A DNA stretch of 32,000 bases, from positions 1,080,001 to 1,112,000 of the forward strand of contig NC_000962.3 of NCBI RefSeq assembly GCF_000195955.2. Direction: 5' to 3'. Numbering within the stretch: the first letter of the stretch is position 1; the number at the start of each line of letters is the position of its first letter. Of the stretch, positions 20,461-30,268 are shown in pieces. A model generated the notes under the pieces. That model did not search any database, was not told where the DNA came from, and saw only the letters and a list, made by a program, of their open reading frames with translations. The position numbers were made by a program, and so were the translations under genes. Source of the DNA: Mycobacterium tuberculosis H37Rv (lineage in GTDB: Bacteria; Actinomycetota; Actinomycetes; Mycobacteriales; Mycobacteriaceae).

Positions 20461-21005
20461 TGAAGGTCGCCGCGCAGTGTTCAAAGCTCGGATATACGGT
20501 GGCACCCATGGAACAGCGTGCGGAGTTGGTGGTTGGCCGGGCACTTGTCGTCGTCGTTGACGATCGCACGGCGCACGGCGATGAAGACCACAGCGGGCCG
20601 CTTGTCACCGAGCTGCTCACCGAGGCCGGGTTTGTTGTCGACGGCGTGGTGGCGGTGTCGGCCGACGAGGTCGAGATCCGAAATGCGCTGAACACAGCGG
20701 TGATCGGCGGGGTGGACCTGGTGGTGTCGGTCGGCGGGACCGGGGTGACGCCTCGCGATGTCACCCCGGAAGCCACCCGCGACATTCTGGACCGCGAGAT
20801 CCTCGGTATCGCCGAGGCCATCCGCGCGTCCGGGCTGTCCGCGGGAATCGTCGACGCCGGGTTGTCGCGCGGCCTGGCGGGTGTCTCCGGCAGCACGCTG
20901 GTGGTCAACCTCGCGGGTTCGCGTTATGCGGTGCGCGATGGAATGGCGACGCTGAATCCGCTAGCGGCACAGATCATCGGGCAGTTGTCGAGCTTGGAGA
21001 TCTGA
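20460..21005 (+). CDS. moaB2: Molybdopterin biosynthesis MoaB-family protein, 181 aa
   Basis: VVSVGGTGVTPRDVTPEAT and GSTLVVNLAGS MoaB/MogA motifs. ATG overlaps the pepD stop. Confidence 0.93.
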   Translation: MKVAAQCSKLGYTVAPMEQRAELVVGRALVVVVDDRTAHGDEDHSGPLVTELLTEAGFVVDGVVAVSADEVEIRNALNTAVIGGVDLVVSVGGTGVTPRDVTPEATRDILDREILGIAEAIRASGLSAGIVDAGLSRGLAGVSGSTLVVNLAGSRYAVRDGMATLNPLAAQIIGQLSSLEI

Positions 21006-21024
21006 ATCCGGATCGAGTGTCGGG

Positions 21025-21480
21025 CTATTGCGATTCTGTGCTCGCGCGAGGCCCGTCGGTTGGCGATGGTGTCCCACGGCCGCCGTGCCTCCCCGGCGAG
21101 TCCCCGTTCGTTTGCGCGAGCAGATCGCGGATTTCGGTGAGCAGCACGACTTGGGTGTCGCCCGGCTGCTCGACCTCCCCCTTCTTGCGTAGTGTGTTGT
21201 AGGGCAGCACGACTAGGAAGTACACCGCGAACGCGATCAGGAAAAAGTTGATCGCTGCCGACAACAAGACGTTCAAGTCAATGGTCTGACCACCGCCGAT
21301 ACCGATCCGCAAGATGCCGACGTCGGACTGTGCGTTGACGCCGATCCGGTTGATCAGCGGCGTAATGATGCTGTCGGTGAACTTGGTGACCAACGCCGTG
21401 AACGCTGTGCCGATTACCACCGCGACAGCCAGGTCGACGATATTACCCCGCGCGAGAAACTCCTTGAATCCTTTGAGCAT
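21025..21480 (-). CDS. mscL: Large-conductance mechanosensitive channel, 151 aa
   Basis: [43 protein letters not shown] is a canonical MscL TM1. Confidence 0.96.
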
Positions 21481-21802
21481 GCGATGTCCTTTCTGCAGTC
21501 GGCGGCCGGCAGTCCGCGAGTGGAACACCTAGAAAAACTAGACCAGGTGGTGTCAATGGCCACGACGCTGGGATCGCCGTTGCCATGGGGAGCTGACGCT
21601 GCCGGGATCCGGTGCTGTTGTTTGTTGACGGGATGCCCTTGACTTCGCTGACCGTGGTGTGCGCGTAACCGGCCGGTCGGGAACGCGGCGACGGATGGCG
21701 CGGTGGCCAGGACAGTGATCGAGATGACATCACGCCAACAACGCCTTCAGCTGTGAGCGATCCGGGCTAGACTACCGCCGAAATATCCAACAAAGGACCT
21801 AC

Positions 21803-22549
21803 ATGAACCGGCAACCTATCGTTCAGCTGAGTAACTTGAGCTGGACATTCCGAGAAGGCGAAACCCGACGACAAGTCCTAGACCACATCACCTTCGATTT
21901 CGAGCCCGGTGAGTTTGTCGCGCTGCTGGGGCAAAGTGGAAGTGGTAAAAGCACTTTGCTGAACCTCATCAGTGGCATAGAAAAGCCCACCACAGGTGAC
22001 GTCACAATTAATGGGTTCGCTATCACTCAGAAAACCGAGCGAGACCGGACGTTGTTCCGGCGCGATCAGATTGGCATCGTCTTTCAATTTTTCAACCTGA
22101 TTCCCACTCTTACCGTGTTGGAAAATATTACGCTGCCTCAGGAACTGGCCGGAGTTTCTCAGAGGAAAGCGGCCGTGGTCGCTCGTGACCTTCTCGAAAA
22201 AGTGGGCATGGCCGACCGTGAACGCACCTTTCCCGATAAACTCTCCGGCGGAGAACAACAACGGGTCGCTATTTCCAGAGCGTTGGCGCATAATCCCATG
22301 CTGGTGTTAGCCGATGAGCCGACCGGCAACCTGGACTCCGATACCGGGGATAAAGTCTTGGATGTTCTGCTTGATCTCACCCGCCAAGCAGGTAAAACCT
22401 TAATCATGGCTACGCATAGCCCGTCGATGACGCAGCATGCCGACCGGGTAGTCAACTTACAGGGCGGCAGGTTGATACCTGCCGTGAACCGAGAAAATCA
22501 AACCGACCAGCCGGCCAGCACGATCCTATTGCCCACGTCATATGAATGA
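21803..22549 (+). CDS. ABC transporter ATP-binding protein, LolD/MacB-type (Rv0986-like), 248 aa
   Basis: Walker [13 protein letters not shown], signature [15 protein letters not shown], Walker [13 protein letters not shown]. Atypical low-GC codon use. Confidence 0.95.
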   Translation: MNRQPIVQLSNLSWTFREGETRRQVLDHITFDFEPGEFVALLGQSGSGKSTLLNLISGIEKPTTGDVTINGFAITQKTERDRTLFRRDQIGIVFQFFNLIPTLTVLENITLPQELAGVSQRKAAVVARDLLEKVGMADRERTFPDKLSGGEQQRVAISRALAHNPMLVLADEPTGNLDSDTGDKVLDVLLDLTRQAGKTLIMATHSPSMTQHADRVVNLQGGRLIPAVNRENQTDQPASTILLPTSYE

Positions 22550-25109
22550 CCAAGCTCCCGTTGCTTATGCACCACTATGGCGCACGGCGTGGCGTCGGCT
22601 GCGTCAGCGGCCGTTTCAATATATTCTGCTGGTCCTGGGAATTGCGCTAGGCGTTGCCATGATCGTGGCTATCGATGTATCCAGTAATTCGGCGCAACGT
22701 GCCTTCGATCTCTCTGCCGCGGCCATCACCGGAAAATCTACTCACCGGCTGGTCAGTGGCCCCGCCGGGGTGGACCAACAGCTTTATGTCGATCTGCGCC
22801 GACACGGGTACGATTTTTCCGCTCCGGTAATCGAAGGCTATGTGTTGGCCCGCGGACTGGGAAACCGAGCTATGCAGTTCATGGGCACCGACCCATTTGC
22901 GGAGTCAGCTTTTCGCTCGCCTTTATGGTCCAACCAAAATATCGCCGAGTTGGGTGGCTTTTTGACTCGACCCAACGGTGTCGTGTTAAGCCGACAAGTG
23001 GCACAGAAGTATGGCTTGGCTGTGGGCGATCGCATTGCTCTGCAAGTGAAAGGTGCGCCTACCACAGTAACCCTGGTGGGATTGCTGACACCTGCAGATG
23101 AAGTTAGCAATCAAAAATTGTCCGACCTTATCATTGCTGATATTTCCACGGCCCAAGAGTTGTTCCATATGCCCGGAAGACTGAGCCACATCGATTTGAT
23201 CATCAAAGATGAGGCCACTGCAACACGCATCCAACAAAGACTGCCGGCCGGTGTGCGTATGGAAACGTCGGATACCCAACGGGACACCGTCAAACAGATG
23301 ACGGACGCTTTTACGGTCAATTTAACCGCTCTCAGTTTGATTGCCTTGTTGGTGGGTATCTTTTTAATCTACAATACCGTGACATTTAATGTCGTGCAAC
23401 GGCGACCGTTTTTCGCCATATTGCGCTGTTTGGGTGTAACCCGAGAGCAGTTATTTTGGCTGATAATGACGGAATCCCTCGTTGCCGGGCTGATTGGTAC
23501 GGGCTTGGGCCTCTTGATTGGAATTTGGCTCGGCGAAGGCTTGATCGGCCTGGTGACTCAAACCATCAATGATTTCTATTTTGTCATCAATGTTCGCAAT
23601 GTGTCCGTCTCCGCCGAAAGCTTGTTGAAGGGGCTGATCATCGGCATCTTTGCCGCCATGTTAGCCACACTGCCACCGGCTATAGAAGCGATGCGCACCG
23701 TCCCTGCCAGCACATTGCGGCGCTCCTCCCTGGAAAGCAAGATAACCAAGCTCATGCCGTGGTTGTGGGTGGCGTGGTTTGGTTTGGGTAGCTTTGGTGT
23801 ATTGATGCTGTGGTTGCCGGGCAACAACCTGGTTGTGGCCTTTGTCGGTCTCTTTAGTGTGCTGATTGCCCTGGCGCTTATTGCCCCGCCGCTGACCCGG
23901 TTTGTAATGTTGCGCTTAGCTCCTGGCTTAGGACGGCTGCTCGGTCCAATAGGTCGAATGGCGCCACGCAATATTGTGCGCTCGTTGAGTCGCACCTCTA
24001 TCGCCATCGCCGCCCTGATGATGGCCGTGTCCTTGATGGTAGGCGTCTCCATATCGGTGGGGTCGTTTCGACAGACGCTGGCCAATTGGCTAGAGGTGAC
24101 TTTGAAGTCGGATGTCTATGTGTCTCCGCCGACCTTAACATCCGGTCGCCCCAGCGGTAATCTGCCTGTGGATGCCGTCCGGAATATAAGCAAATGGCCA
24201 GGAGTGCGTGACGCAGTTATGGCTCGGTATAGTTCCGTTTTTGCCCCGGACTGGGGGCGTGAGGTGGAACTAATGGCGGTGTCGGGTGATATTTCCGACG
24301 GCAAGCGACCATATAGGTGGATCGACGGCAATAAAGACACGCTCTGGCCACGTTTCTTGGCGGGGAAAGGGGTGATGCTATCGGAGCCAATGGTATCGCG
24401 ACAACACTTGCAGATGCCGCCAAGGCCGATCACGCTAATGACGGATTCGGGGCCACAAACGTTCCCCGTTCTGGCGGTTTTCTCTGACTACACCTCAGAT
24501 CAAGGTGTGATTTTGATGGATCGCGCCAGTTATCGGGCCCATTGGCAGGATGATGACGTGACGACCATGTTTCTTTTTTTGGCATCGGGTGCGAATAGCG
24601 GTGCCTTGATAGATCAACTACAAGCCGCGTTCGCGGGTCGGGAAGACATTGTTATTCAATCGACTCATAGTGTCCGCGAAGCATCAATGTTCATATTTGA
24701 TCGTAGTTTTACCATTACCATCGCGTTGCAACTGGTGGCCACGGTGGTGGCTTTTATTGGCGTACTGAGCGCGCTGATGAGTTTGGAATTGGACCGGGCT
24801 CATGAGTTGGGTGTTTTTCGCGCCATTGGCATGACTACCCGCCAATTATGGAAGCTGATGTTCATTGAGACCGGCCTAATGGGCGGGATGGCCGGCTTGA
24901 TGGCCTTGCCAACTGGTTGTATTCTAGCGTGGATTCTTGTCCGCATTATCAATGTCCGCTCATTCGGCTGGACCTTGCAGATGCACTTTGAGTCGGCGCA
25001 TTTTCTTCGAGCCCTGTTGGTAGCGGTGGTGGCCGCCCTGGCGGCGGGTATGTACCCCGCTTGGCGTTTGGGACGGATGACGATTCGCACGGCGATTCGT
25101 GAGGAATGA
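22542..25109 (+). CDS. ABC transporter permease with duplicated FtsX-like domains (Rv0987-like), 855 aa
   Basis: N-terminal TM plus MacB-PCD-like periplasmic domain, FtsX TM cores ([16 protein letters not shown]...; [35 protein letters not shown]...). Overlaps the ATPase gene by 8 nt. Confidence 0.93.
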   Translation: MNDQAPVAYAPLWRTAWRRLRQRPFQYILLVLGIALGVAMIVAIDVSSNSAQRAFDLSAAAITGKSTHRLVSGPAGVDQQLYVDLRRHGYDFSAPVIEGYVLARGLGNRAMQFMGTDPFAESAFRSPLWSNQNIAELGGFLTRPNGVVLSRQVAQKYGLAVGDRIALQVKGAPTTVTLVGLLTPADEVSNQKLSDLIIADISTAQELFHMPGRLSHIDLIIKDEATATRIQQRLPAGVRMETSDTQRDTVKQMTDAFTVNLTALSLIALLVGIFLIYNTVTFNVVQRRPFFAILRCLGVTREQLFWLIMTESLVAGLIGTGLGLLIGIWLGEGLIGLVTQTINDFYFVINVRNVSVSAESLLKGLIIGIFAAMLATLPPAIEAMRTVPASTLRRSSLESKITKLMPWLWVAWFGLGSFGVLMLWLPGNNLVVAFVGLFSVLIALALIAPPLTRFVMLRLAPGLGRLLGPIGRMAPRNIVRSLSRTSIAIAALMMAVSLMVGVSISVGSFRQTLANWLEVTLKSDVYVSPPTLTSGRPSGNLPVDAVRNISKWPGVRDAVMARYSSVFAPDWGREVELMAVSGDISDGKRPYRWIDGNKDTLWPRFLAGKGVMLSEPMVSRQHLQMPPRPITLMTDSGPQTFPVLAVFSDYTSDQGVILMDRASYRAHWQDDDVTTMFLFLASGANSGALIDQLQAAFAGREDIVIQSTHSVREASMFIFDRSFTITIALQLVATVVAFIGVLSALMSLELDRAHELGVFRAIGMTTRQLWKLMFIETGLMGGMAGLMALPTGCILAWILVRIINVRSFGWTLQMHFESAHFLRALLVAVVAALAAGMYPAWRLGRMTIRTAIREE

Positions 25110-25115
25110 CGGTAC

Positions 25116-26276
25116 ATGAGAAAAGCAGGATTGACCGGTGTTGTACTGGTTCTGACGCTGACGCTGGTGGCTTTCTGGTGGTGGCAACGTCCGCGAACGA
25201 ATGCTGTGGCTGCTGACTCTTTAGTTGGCGTTTTGGTCGATGAGAATAACGCCGGATATTCCTTGGCCACAGTGCCGGGAGCCGTTCGGTTTCCCCGGGA
25301 TTTGGGTCCTCATTACGATTACCAGACGGAATGGTGGTATTACACCGGTAATCTGGAAACTGCTGACGGTCGGCTTTTCGGCTACCAGCTTACTTTTTTC
25401 CGCAGGGCTCTCGCACCACCCGGCGAGGGGGTCGCCATAGCGGATGCTTCTTCATGGCGCACGACCCAGGTCTATATGGCCCACTTCGCGATAAGTGATA
25501 TTTCGAACAGGGGCTTTTATCCGGCTGAGAAATTCAGTCGGCAGGCGTTGGGTTTGGCTGGTGCTAGCTCGGAGCCGTATGCGGTGTGGCTAGACGATTG
25601 GTATGCGCGTGAATCCAACAACAATTCGGTGCAATTGTTTGCTCGAACTCAGAACACGGTGTTGGATTTGACATTGACGCAAACGCTGCCGCCTATCTTG
25701 CAAGGAAATGCTGGGTTAAGTGTGAAAGGCGCGCAACCGGGAAACGCGTCCAACTACTACTCGTTAGTTCGTCAAGAATCGCGGGGCACTGTCAGTGTTA
25801 ATGGCGACACATTCATGGTTAGTGGTTTGAGCTGGAAAGATCATGAGTACATGACCAGTGCGCTGGCCCCTGAAGATGTGGGTTGGGATTGGTTCGGGCT
25901 CCAATTTTACAATGGCACCGCTTTGATGCTTTTTCAGATTCGACAGGCGGATGGGAGTGTGACCCGATTTTCCAGCGGTACCTTTGTTGCCGGGGATGGT
26001 GGCGTGATCCCTCTCGAGTCGTCCGATTTCCGCATCAAGACGACTGATCGTTGGACCAGTGACCAGAGTGGCGCCACCTATCCGATTGCATGGGAAATCG
26101 AAATTGAACGGATAGGTTTGACGCTGCGCGGGGCCGCATTAATGGCTAATCAAGAACTGCGGTTATCGAGGACTTACTGGGAAGGGGCGGTTGCCCTTGA
26201 GGGTCGTTATCAAGGAATGCCGATCAGTGGTCGGGGATACGTTGAAATGACCGGCTATGTACAACGGCTGTCTTGA
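25116..26276 (+). CDS. AttH/CrtC-like secreted or membrane-anchored lipocalin-fold protein (Rv0988-like), 386 aa
   Basis: N-terminal signal/anchor GLTGVVLVLTLTLVAFWWW, then FPRDLGPHYDYQTEWWYYTGNLETADGRLFGYQLTFFRRAL, and VSGLSWKDHEYM, DWFGLQFYNGTALMLFQIR. Confidence 0.88.
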   Translation: MRKAGLTGVVLVLTLTLVAFWWWQRPRTNAVAADSLVGVLVDENNAGYSLATVPGAVRFPRDLGPHYDYQTEWWYYTGNLETADGRLFGYQLTFFRRALAPPGEGVAIADASSWRTTQVYMAHFAISDISNRGFYPAEKFSRQALGLAGASSEPYAVWLDDWYARESNNNSVQLFARTQNTVLDLTLTQTLPPILQGNAGLSVKGAQPGNASNYYSLVRQESRGTVSVNGDTFMVSGLSWKDHEYMTSALAPEDVGWDWFGLQFYNGTALMLFQIRQADGSVTRFSSGTFVAGDGGVIPLESSDFRIKTTDRWTSDQSGATYPIAWEIEIERIGLTLRGAALMANQELRLSRTYWEGAVALEGRYQGMPISGRGYVEMTGYVQRLS

Positions 26277-26404
26277 AGTCGGGTAATTGCCGGTGATTCT
26301 TGGTTTAGAGGCTCTCGAATGGTCGTCGGGCAGTTGTGATATCGCTGCAAACCCTAGAGTACTTATTCGTCGTTGTGTCAACAGGTAGTTGCTGGGGTGT
26401 GTCG

Positions 26405-27382
26405 CTAGTCGCACGCAGATATCGCGTGGTCGATCAATGTCGCAAGGGCTCGGCGAGGTTGGCGGTCAGGCAAATAGGGGAGCTCCTCTCGCGCCTGTGC
26501 GGCATAGGCGGCTACCACATTCTTGGCCTTTCCTATGCCCGGTGAGCAACGCAGCAGTGTGAGGGCTTCGGCGACGTGGTCGTCGTGGATCGGTCCGGCC
26601 AGCAACTCACGCAGCCGGCTTGTGTCGGGTGTCTGCTCACGCAGCGCGTAGAGCATCGGCAGCGTGTGGACAGCTTGGCCAAGGTCGGCGCCCGATAGCG
26701 TAGCGGAGTCACCGGAGATGGCGATGATGTCGCGCGAGATCTCAAACGCAGCACCGATCATGCGCCCCAAGCGCGCTACGCGGCGGATCTGCTCTTCGGC
26801 GGCGCCGGAGAGTGCCGCTCCGAGCTGTCCGGATGCTGCGATGAGAGAGCCGGTCTTCTCGTGCACGACTCGGAGGTAATGCTCGATCGTGTCGATATGC
26901 GAGGCGGGGCCCCGGGTCGCGCGCATCTGCCCGGTGATCAGCTCGGCGAACGCCTCGGCGACGACCGCGAAGGCCTCGGGGTCCAGCCGCGAGGCTAGCT
27001 GTGAGGCCGTCGCGAATCGGTAGTCACCGGCGAGGATTGCGAAGTTGTTGGTCCAGCGTGTGTTGTCGCTAGGTGTCTTGCGGCTCATGTCGGACTCATC
27101 CACGACTCTGTCGTGACAAAGCGTCCCCAGGTGCATCAACTCGATGGCTGCCCCCGCGACCGTGACCTCCCATCCGTCGGGGTCGGAGCCCAGTTGCGCC
27201 GCAAGCACCGTGAAAAGCGGTCTAAACGGGGTGCCGCCGGCGTCGACAAGGTGCGCCACCGTGTCGCGCATAACCTCGTCGGCCTGGGAGAGTTCGCTAT
27301 TGATCAGCTCTGTAATCCGGGCAATCCCGTCGTGGACGTTGGCGGTGAATTGCGGGTCACCCAGGCTGACTGCCGGGATCAT
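26405..27382 (-). CDS. grcC2: Polyprenyl diphosphate synthase family protein with atypical Asp-rich motifs, 325 aa
   Basis: Trans-prenyltransferase fold signatures (FRPLFTVLAA, AAIELMHLGTLCHDRVVDESDMSR, NNFAILAGDYRFATA, HEKTGSLIAASGQLGA). Start at MIPAVSLG. Confidence 0.88.
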   Translation of the reverse strand: MIPAVSLGDPQFTANVHDGIARITELINSELSQADEVMRDTVAHLVDAGGTPFRPLFTVLAAQLGSDPDGWEVTVAGAAIELMHLGTLCHDRVVDESDMSRKTPSDNTRWTNNFAILAGDYRFATASQLASRLDPEAFAVVAEAFAELITGQMRATRGPASHIDTIEHYLRVVHEKTGSLIAASGQLGAALSGAAEEQIRRVARLGRMIGAAFEISRDIIAISGDSATLSGADLGQAVHTLPMLYALREQTPDTSRLRELLAGPIHDDHVAEALTLLRCSPGIGKAKNVVAAYAAQAREELPYLPDRQPRRALATLIDHAISACD

Positions 27383-27442
27383 GCTCGTGGCCGTAGGCAT
27401 GCGCACAACATTGACACGTGTACAAGATAAGGTATGGCGTGT

Positions 27443-28099
27443 TCAGTGCAGGGTCAGCGTCACCGTCTGACCCAGCGCCGCACCGGCTACCGTATTGGCC
27501 AGCCGGGCTGGCAGCGCCACCAAAACGACCCGGTCACTATCAGCCGCCTGGGCCTTCTGCTGGGCCGAGACCAGGACCACGATGGCGTCGGTGGCCAAGA
27601 GCCGTAGAGCTGCCGGCGAATCGGTTACCGGCGCGGCCAGCACGTCGACCACATCCCCGACCCGAACAAGGTCGACCAAAGCGCTGTCAGCCAGATGCAG
27701 CGGCACGATGCGGGCGTCCGGGCCGGCAGTCGACTCGGCCAACCGGCTGCCCAGTAAACGCACGTCGGTGAGCACCTCGCCACGGCGTGTCGGGCTGGCC
27801 AGCGTCGAACCCACCACTGCGTCCAGGTCAGCTTGCGACCCGTCGGGAAGCGTGGTGGCCGAACGTTTTTCCAGCCTGACATCACCGGGAGTCAATGCGG
27901 TACCGGGGCGCAGATCGTGCGCGGCCACCACCACCTCGGAGCGATCATCCTCTGGATTGGACCGCAGCGCCGCAACGCCGGCCAGCATGACCAGCCCGGC
28001 CGCGGCGAAGCGCCGGGCCCGCACGGTCCGGGTCCAGTCCGGGCGCAAAAACGCCGATATCCGGCTGACCAGGCTCGGATTCAGGGAGGATTCCGCCAC
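27443..28099 (-). CDS. SAF-domain protein (CpaB/RcpC-like), Rv0990c-like, 218 aa
   Basis: One N-terminal TM segment then VVVAAHDLRPGTALTPGDVRLEKRSATTLPDGS, characteristic of SAF domains. GTG start. Confidence 0.8.
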   Translation of the reverse strand: MAESSLNPSLVSRISAFLRPDWTRTVRARRFAAAGLVMLAGVAALRSNPEDDRSEVVVAAHDLRPGTALTPGDVRLEKRSATTLPDGSQADLDAVVGSTLASPTRRGEVLTDVRLLGSRLAESTAGPDARIVPLHLADSALVDLVRVGDVVDVLAAPVTDSPAALRLLATDAIVVLVSAQQKAQAADSDRVVLVALPARLANTVAGAALGQTVTLTLH

Positions 28100-28171
28100 A
28101 CCGCAAACGGTAGGCGCAGCGCCGTGCTAGGCAGCGCCGGTCAGAAATCCCCTTGTGGATAACCTCTCAAC

Positions 28172-28504
28172 TCAGACGGCCGCGGCGGCGGTTGTGGAGC
28201 TGGTTGACTTCTCGGTTGACCCCGAAGCCTTGCTTTCACTCGAGCCAGAACTCCCCGAACTCCCCGAACTCTTCGTCGACTCGCTGGTCGAGGATCCGTT
28301 GGTCTGGCTCTTGGACTTCTTGCCCGACTCGCGGCTGTCGGTGCGGTAGAAGCCGGTGCCTTTGAACACCACGCCGACCGCATTGAACAGCTTGCGCAGC
28401 CGGCCAGAACACCGCTCGCACGTGGTCAGCGCATCGTCGGTGAAGGCCTGCACAACATCGAAGCGGTTGGCGCACTGGGTGCACTCGTAGCTGTAGGTTG
28501 GCAC
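28172..28504 (-). CDS. ruc: Redox-regulated chaperone-like zinc-ribbon protein (Rv0991c, Ruc), 110 aa
   Basis: MPTYSYECTQCANRFDVVQAF...CERCSGRLRKLF: two CxxC pairs of the FmdB/CxxC_CXXC_SSSS type, followed by a Ser-rich low-complexity tail. GTG start with CCGGAGG RBS. Confidence 0.85.
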   Translation of the reverse strand: MPTYSYECTQCANRFDVVQAFTDDALTTCERCSGRLRKLFNAVGVVFKGTGFYRTDSRESGKKSKSQTNGSSTSESTKSSGSSGSSGSSESKASGSTEKSTSSTTAAAAV

Positions 28505-28531
28505 AAGAACCTCCGGAAATGTCACTCGGCG

Positions 28532-28558
28532 TTAGCACTCTACCGTCTCAAGTGCTAG
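28532..28558. promoter_or_regulatory. CIRCE-like (HrcA) operator upstream of ruc
   Basis: TTAGCACTC-N9-AAGTGCTAG versus consensus TTAGCACTC-N9-GAGTGCTAA: two mismatches, correct 9-nt spacing. Confidence 0.85.
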
Positions 28559-28577
28559 AACCGCTAGGTGAGTTCCG

Positions 28578-29171
28578 TCATTCCCCGCACGGCAGCGCGA
28601 TCAGCCCGCGCTCCGGTGTGAGCGCATGAGTCATGGGTACGTCGTGCGGCTCCGACGGCAACACGTCGACCAGTTCGACAGTGCGCACCACCGCGACTAG
28701 ACGAGCGTGCGGGTCGCGGCACCGCAGCGAGCGATCGTAGAAGCCGCGACCTCGGCCCAGTCGCACGCCCTGGCGGTCGACAGCCAGCGCCGGCACCAGC
28801 ACCAAGCTGGCCTGCGCCAGCGCGGCTTCCGGCAGCCAAGGTTCGGGTGGTTCGAGCAGTCCCCAGCGTGCGCGCGCGAGTCCGCCGGCACGGTACTCGC
28901 CCCACCGCAACGGCAACGGGAGGTCACCGCCGGCGGTGCGCGCCACCGGCAACAGCACTCGCCCCGCGCGGCGCAGCAACACATCCAACATCTCGATTGA
29001 CCCCGGCTCGCCGCCTACCGGCACATACGCGCAGACGGTGCTGTCGCTGGTGACCATGCGCTCCAGGTGTCCACGCAACATCCGGGCCTCGGCGGCGCGC
29101 ACGTCGTCGGCAACGCGGCGTCGGGCCGCCAGGAGCTGGTCGCGCAACGCCGACTTGCTCGCCATCGCCAT
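28578..29171 (-). CDS. 5-formyltetrahydrofolate cyclo-ligase family protein (Rv0992c-like), 197 aa
   Basis: MAMASKSALRDQLLAARR, CAYVPVGGEPG, LVLVPALAVDRQGVRLGRGRGFYDRSL. Alternative start at 29165. Confidence 0.88.
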   Translation of the reverse strand: MAMASKSALRDQLLAARRRVADDVRAAEARMLRGHLERMVTSDSTVCAYVPVGGEPGSIEMLDVLLRRAGRVLLPVARTAGGDLPLPLRWGEYRAGGLARARWGLLEPPEPWLPEAALAQASLVLVPALAVDRQGVRLGRGRGFYDRSLRCRDPHARLVAVVRTVELVDVLPSEPHDVPMTHALTPERGLIALPCGE

Positions 29172-29271
29172 GTCCTCAACGATGACACAGCCCCGGCCGT
29201 CCCGCGCGAGCGCCGGGACAGCGCCAACGAAGAGGCGGGCAATCAGCACGCTGCGGGTTATCGTGTGAACG

Positions 29272-30192
29272 ATGTCACGCCCAGAAGTACTAACGCCGTT
29301 CACGGCAATCGTCCCGGCAGCCGGCCTGGGTACGCGCTTTCTGCCGGCCACCAAGACGGTGCCCAAGGAGCTGCTGCCCGTCGTCGACACTCCCGGTATC
29401 GAGCTGGTGGCCGCCGAGGCGGCCGCGGCCGGTGCCGAACGGCTGGTGATCGTCACCTCCGAGGGTAAGGACGGGGTGGTCGCGCATTTCGTGGAAGACC
29501 TGGTGCTGGAGGGCACGCTCGAGGCCCGAGGCAAGATCGCCATGCTGGCCAAGGTGCGTCGCGCCCCGGCACTGATCAAGGTCGAATCCGTGGTGCAGGC
29601 CGAGCCGCTGGGACTGGGACACGCCATCGGCTGTGTGGAGCCGACGCTGTCGCCCGACGAAGACGCTGTCGCGGTGCTGCTGCCTGACGACCTGGTGCTG
29701 CCGACCGGCGTCCTGGAGACGATGTCGAAGGTGCGAGCCAGCAGGGGCGGCACCGTGCTGTGTGCTATCGAGGTGGCGCGCGAGGAGATCAGTGCCTACG
29801 GGGTTTTCGATGTCGAGCCGGTCCCCGATGGTGACTACACCGACGATCCCAACGTGCTGAAGGTCAGGGGCATGGTCGAAAAGCCCAAGGCCGAAACGGC
29901 GCCGTCGAGGTATGCGGCGGCCGGCCGCTACGTTCTAGACCGTGCCATCTTCGATGCGTTACGCCGCATCGACCAGGGTGCAGGCGGTGAAGTGCAGCTC
30001 ACCGATGCGATCGCGCTGCTGATTGCCGAGGGCCATCCCGTCCATGTCGTCGTCCACCAAGGGTCCCGACACGACCTGGGAAATCCGGGCGGGTACCTCA
30101 AGGCTGCGGTTGACTTTGCATTGGATCGTGACGACTACGGCCCGGACTTGCGGCGATGGTTGGTGGCGCGACTGGGTCTGACAGAGCAGTAG
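29272..30192 (+). CDS. galU: UTP--glucose-1-phosphate uridylyltransferase, 306 aa
   Basis: AIVPAAGLGTRFLPATKTVPKELLPVVDTPGIE; EKPKAETAPS; ATG at 29272. Confidence 0.95.
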   Translation: MSRPEVLTPFTAIVPAAGLGTRFLPATKTVPKELLPVVDTPGIELVAAEAAAAGAERLVIVTSEGKDGVVAHFVEDLVLEGTLEARGKIAMLAKVRRAPALIKVESVVQAEPLGLGHAIGCVEPTLSPDEDAVAVLLPDDLVLPTGVLETMSKVRASRGGTVLCAIEVAREEISAYGVFDVEPVPDGDYTDDPNVLKVRGMVEKPKAETAPSRYAAAGRYVLDRAIFDALRRIDQGAGGEVQLTDAIALLIAEGHPVHVVVHQGSRHDLGNPGGYLKAAVDFALDRDDYGPDLRRWLVARLGLTEQ

Positions 30193-30268
30193 CCTGGCGA
30201 CGATACGGCACGGACGGTTCCGGGGTGGGGGATGCCCGGCCCCATGGCTCGACGGAAAGGCGGGCGCT

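Larger units (their letters stand above)
21760..26400 (+). other. Compositionally foreign island carrying the three-gene ATPase/FtsX/AttH operon
   Basis: Clear fall in GC and AT-rich codon choice (aaa, att, ttt, tta) relative to flanks. Boundaries approximate. Confidence 0.8.

Noticed and set aside
21529-21541. CTAG-AAAAA-CTAG motif upstream of mscL as a potential insertion repeat
   Set aside because: Too short and I found no partner at the other end of the foreign cassette.
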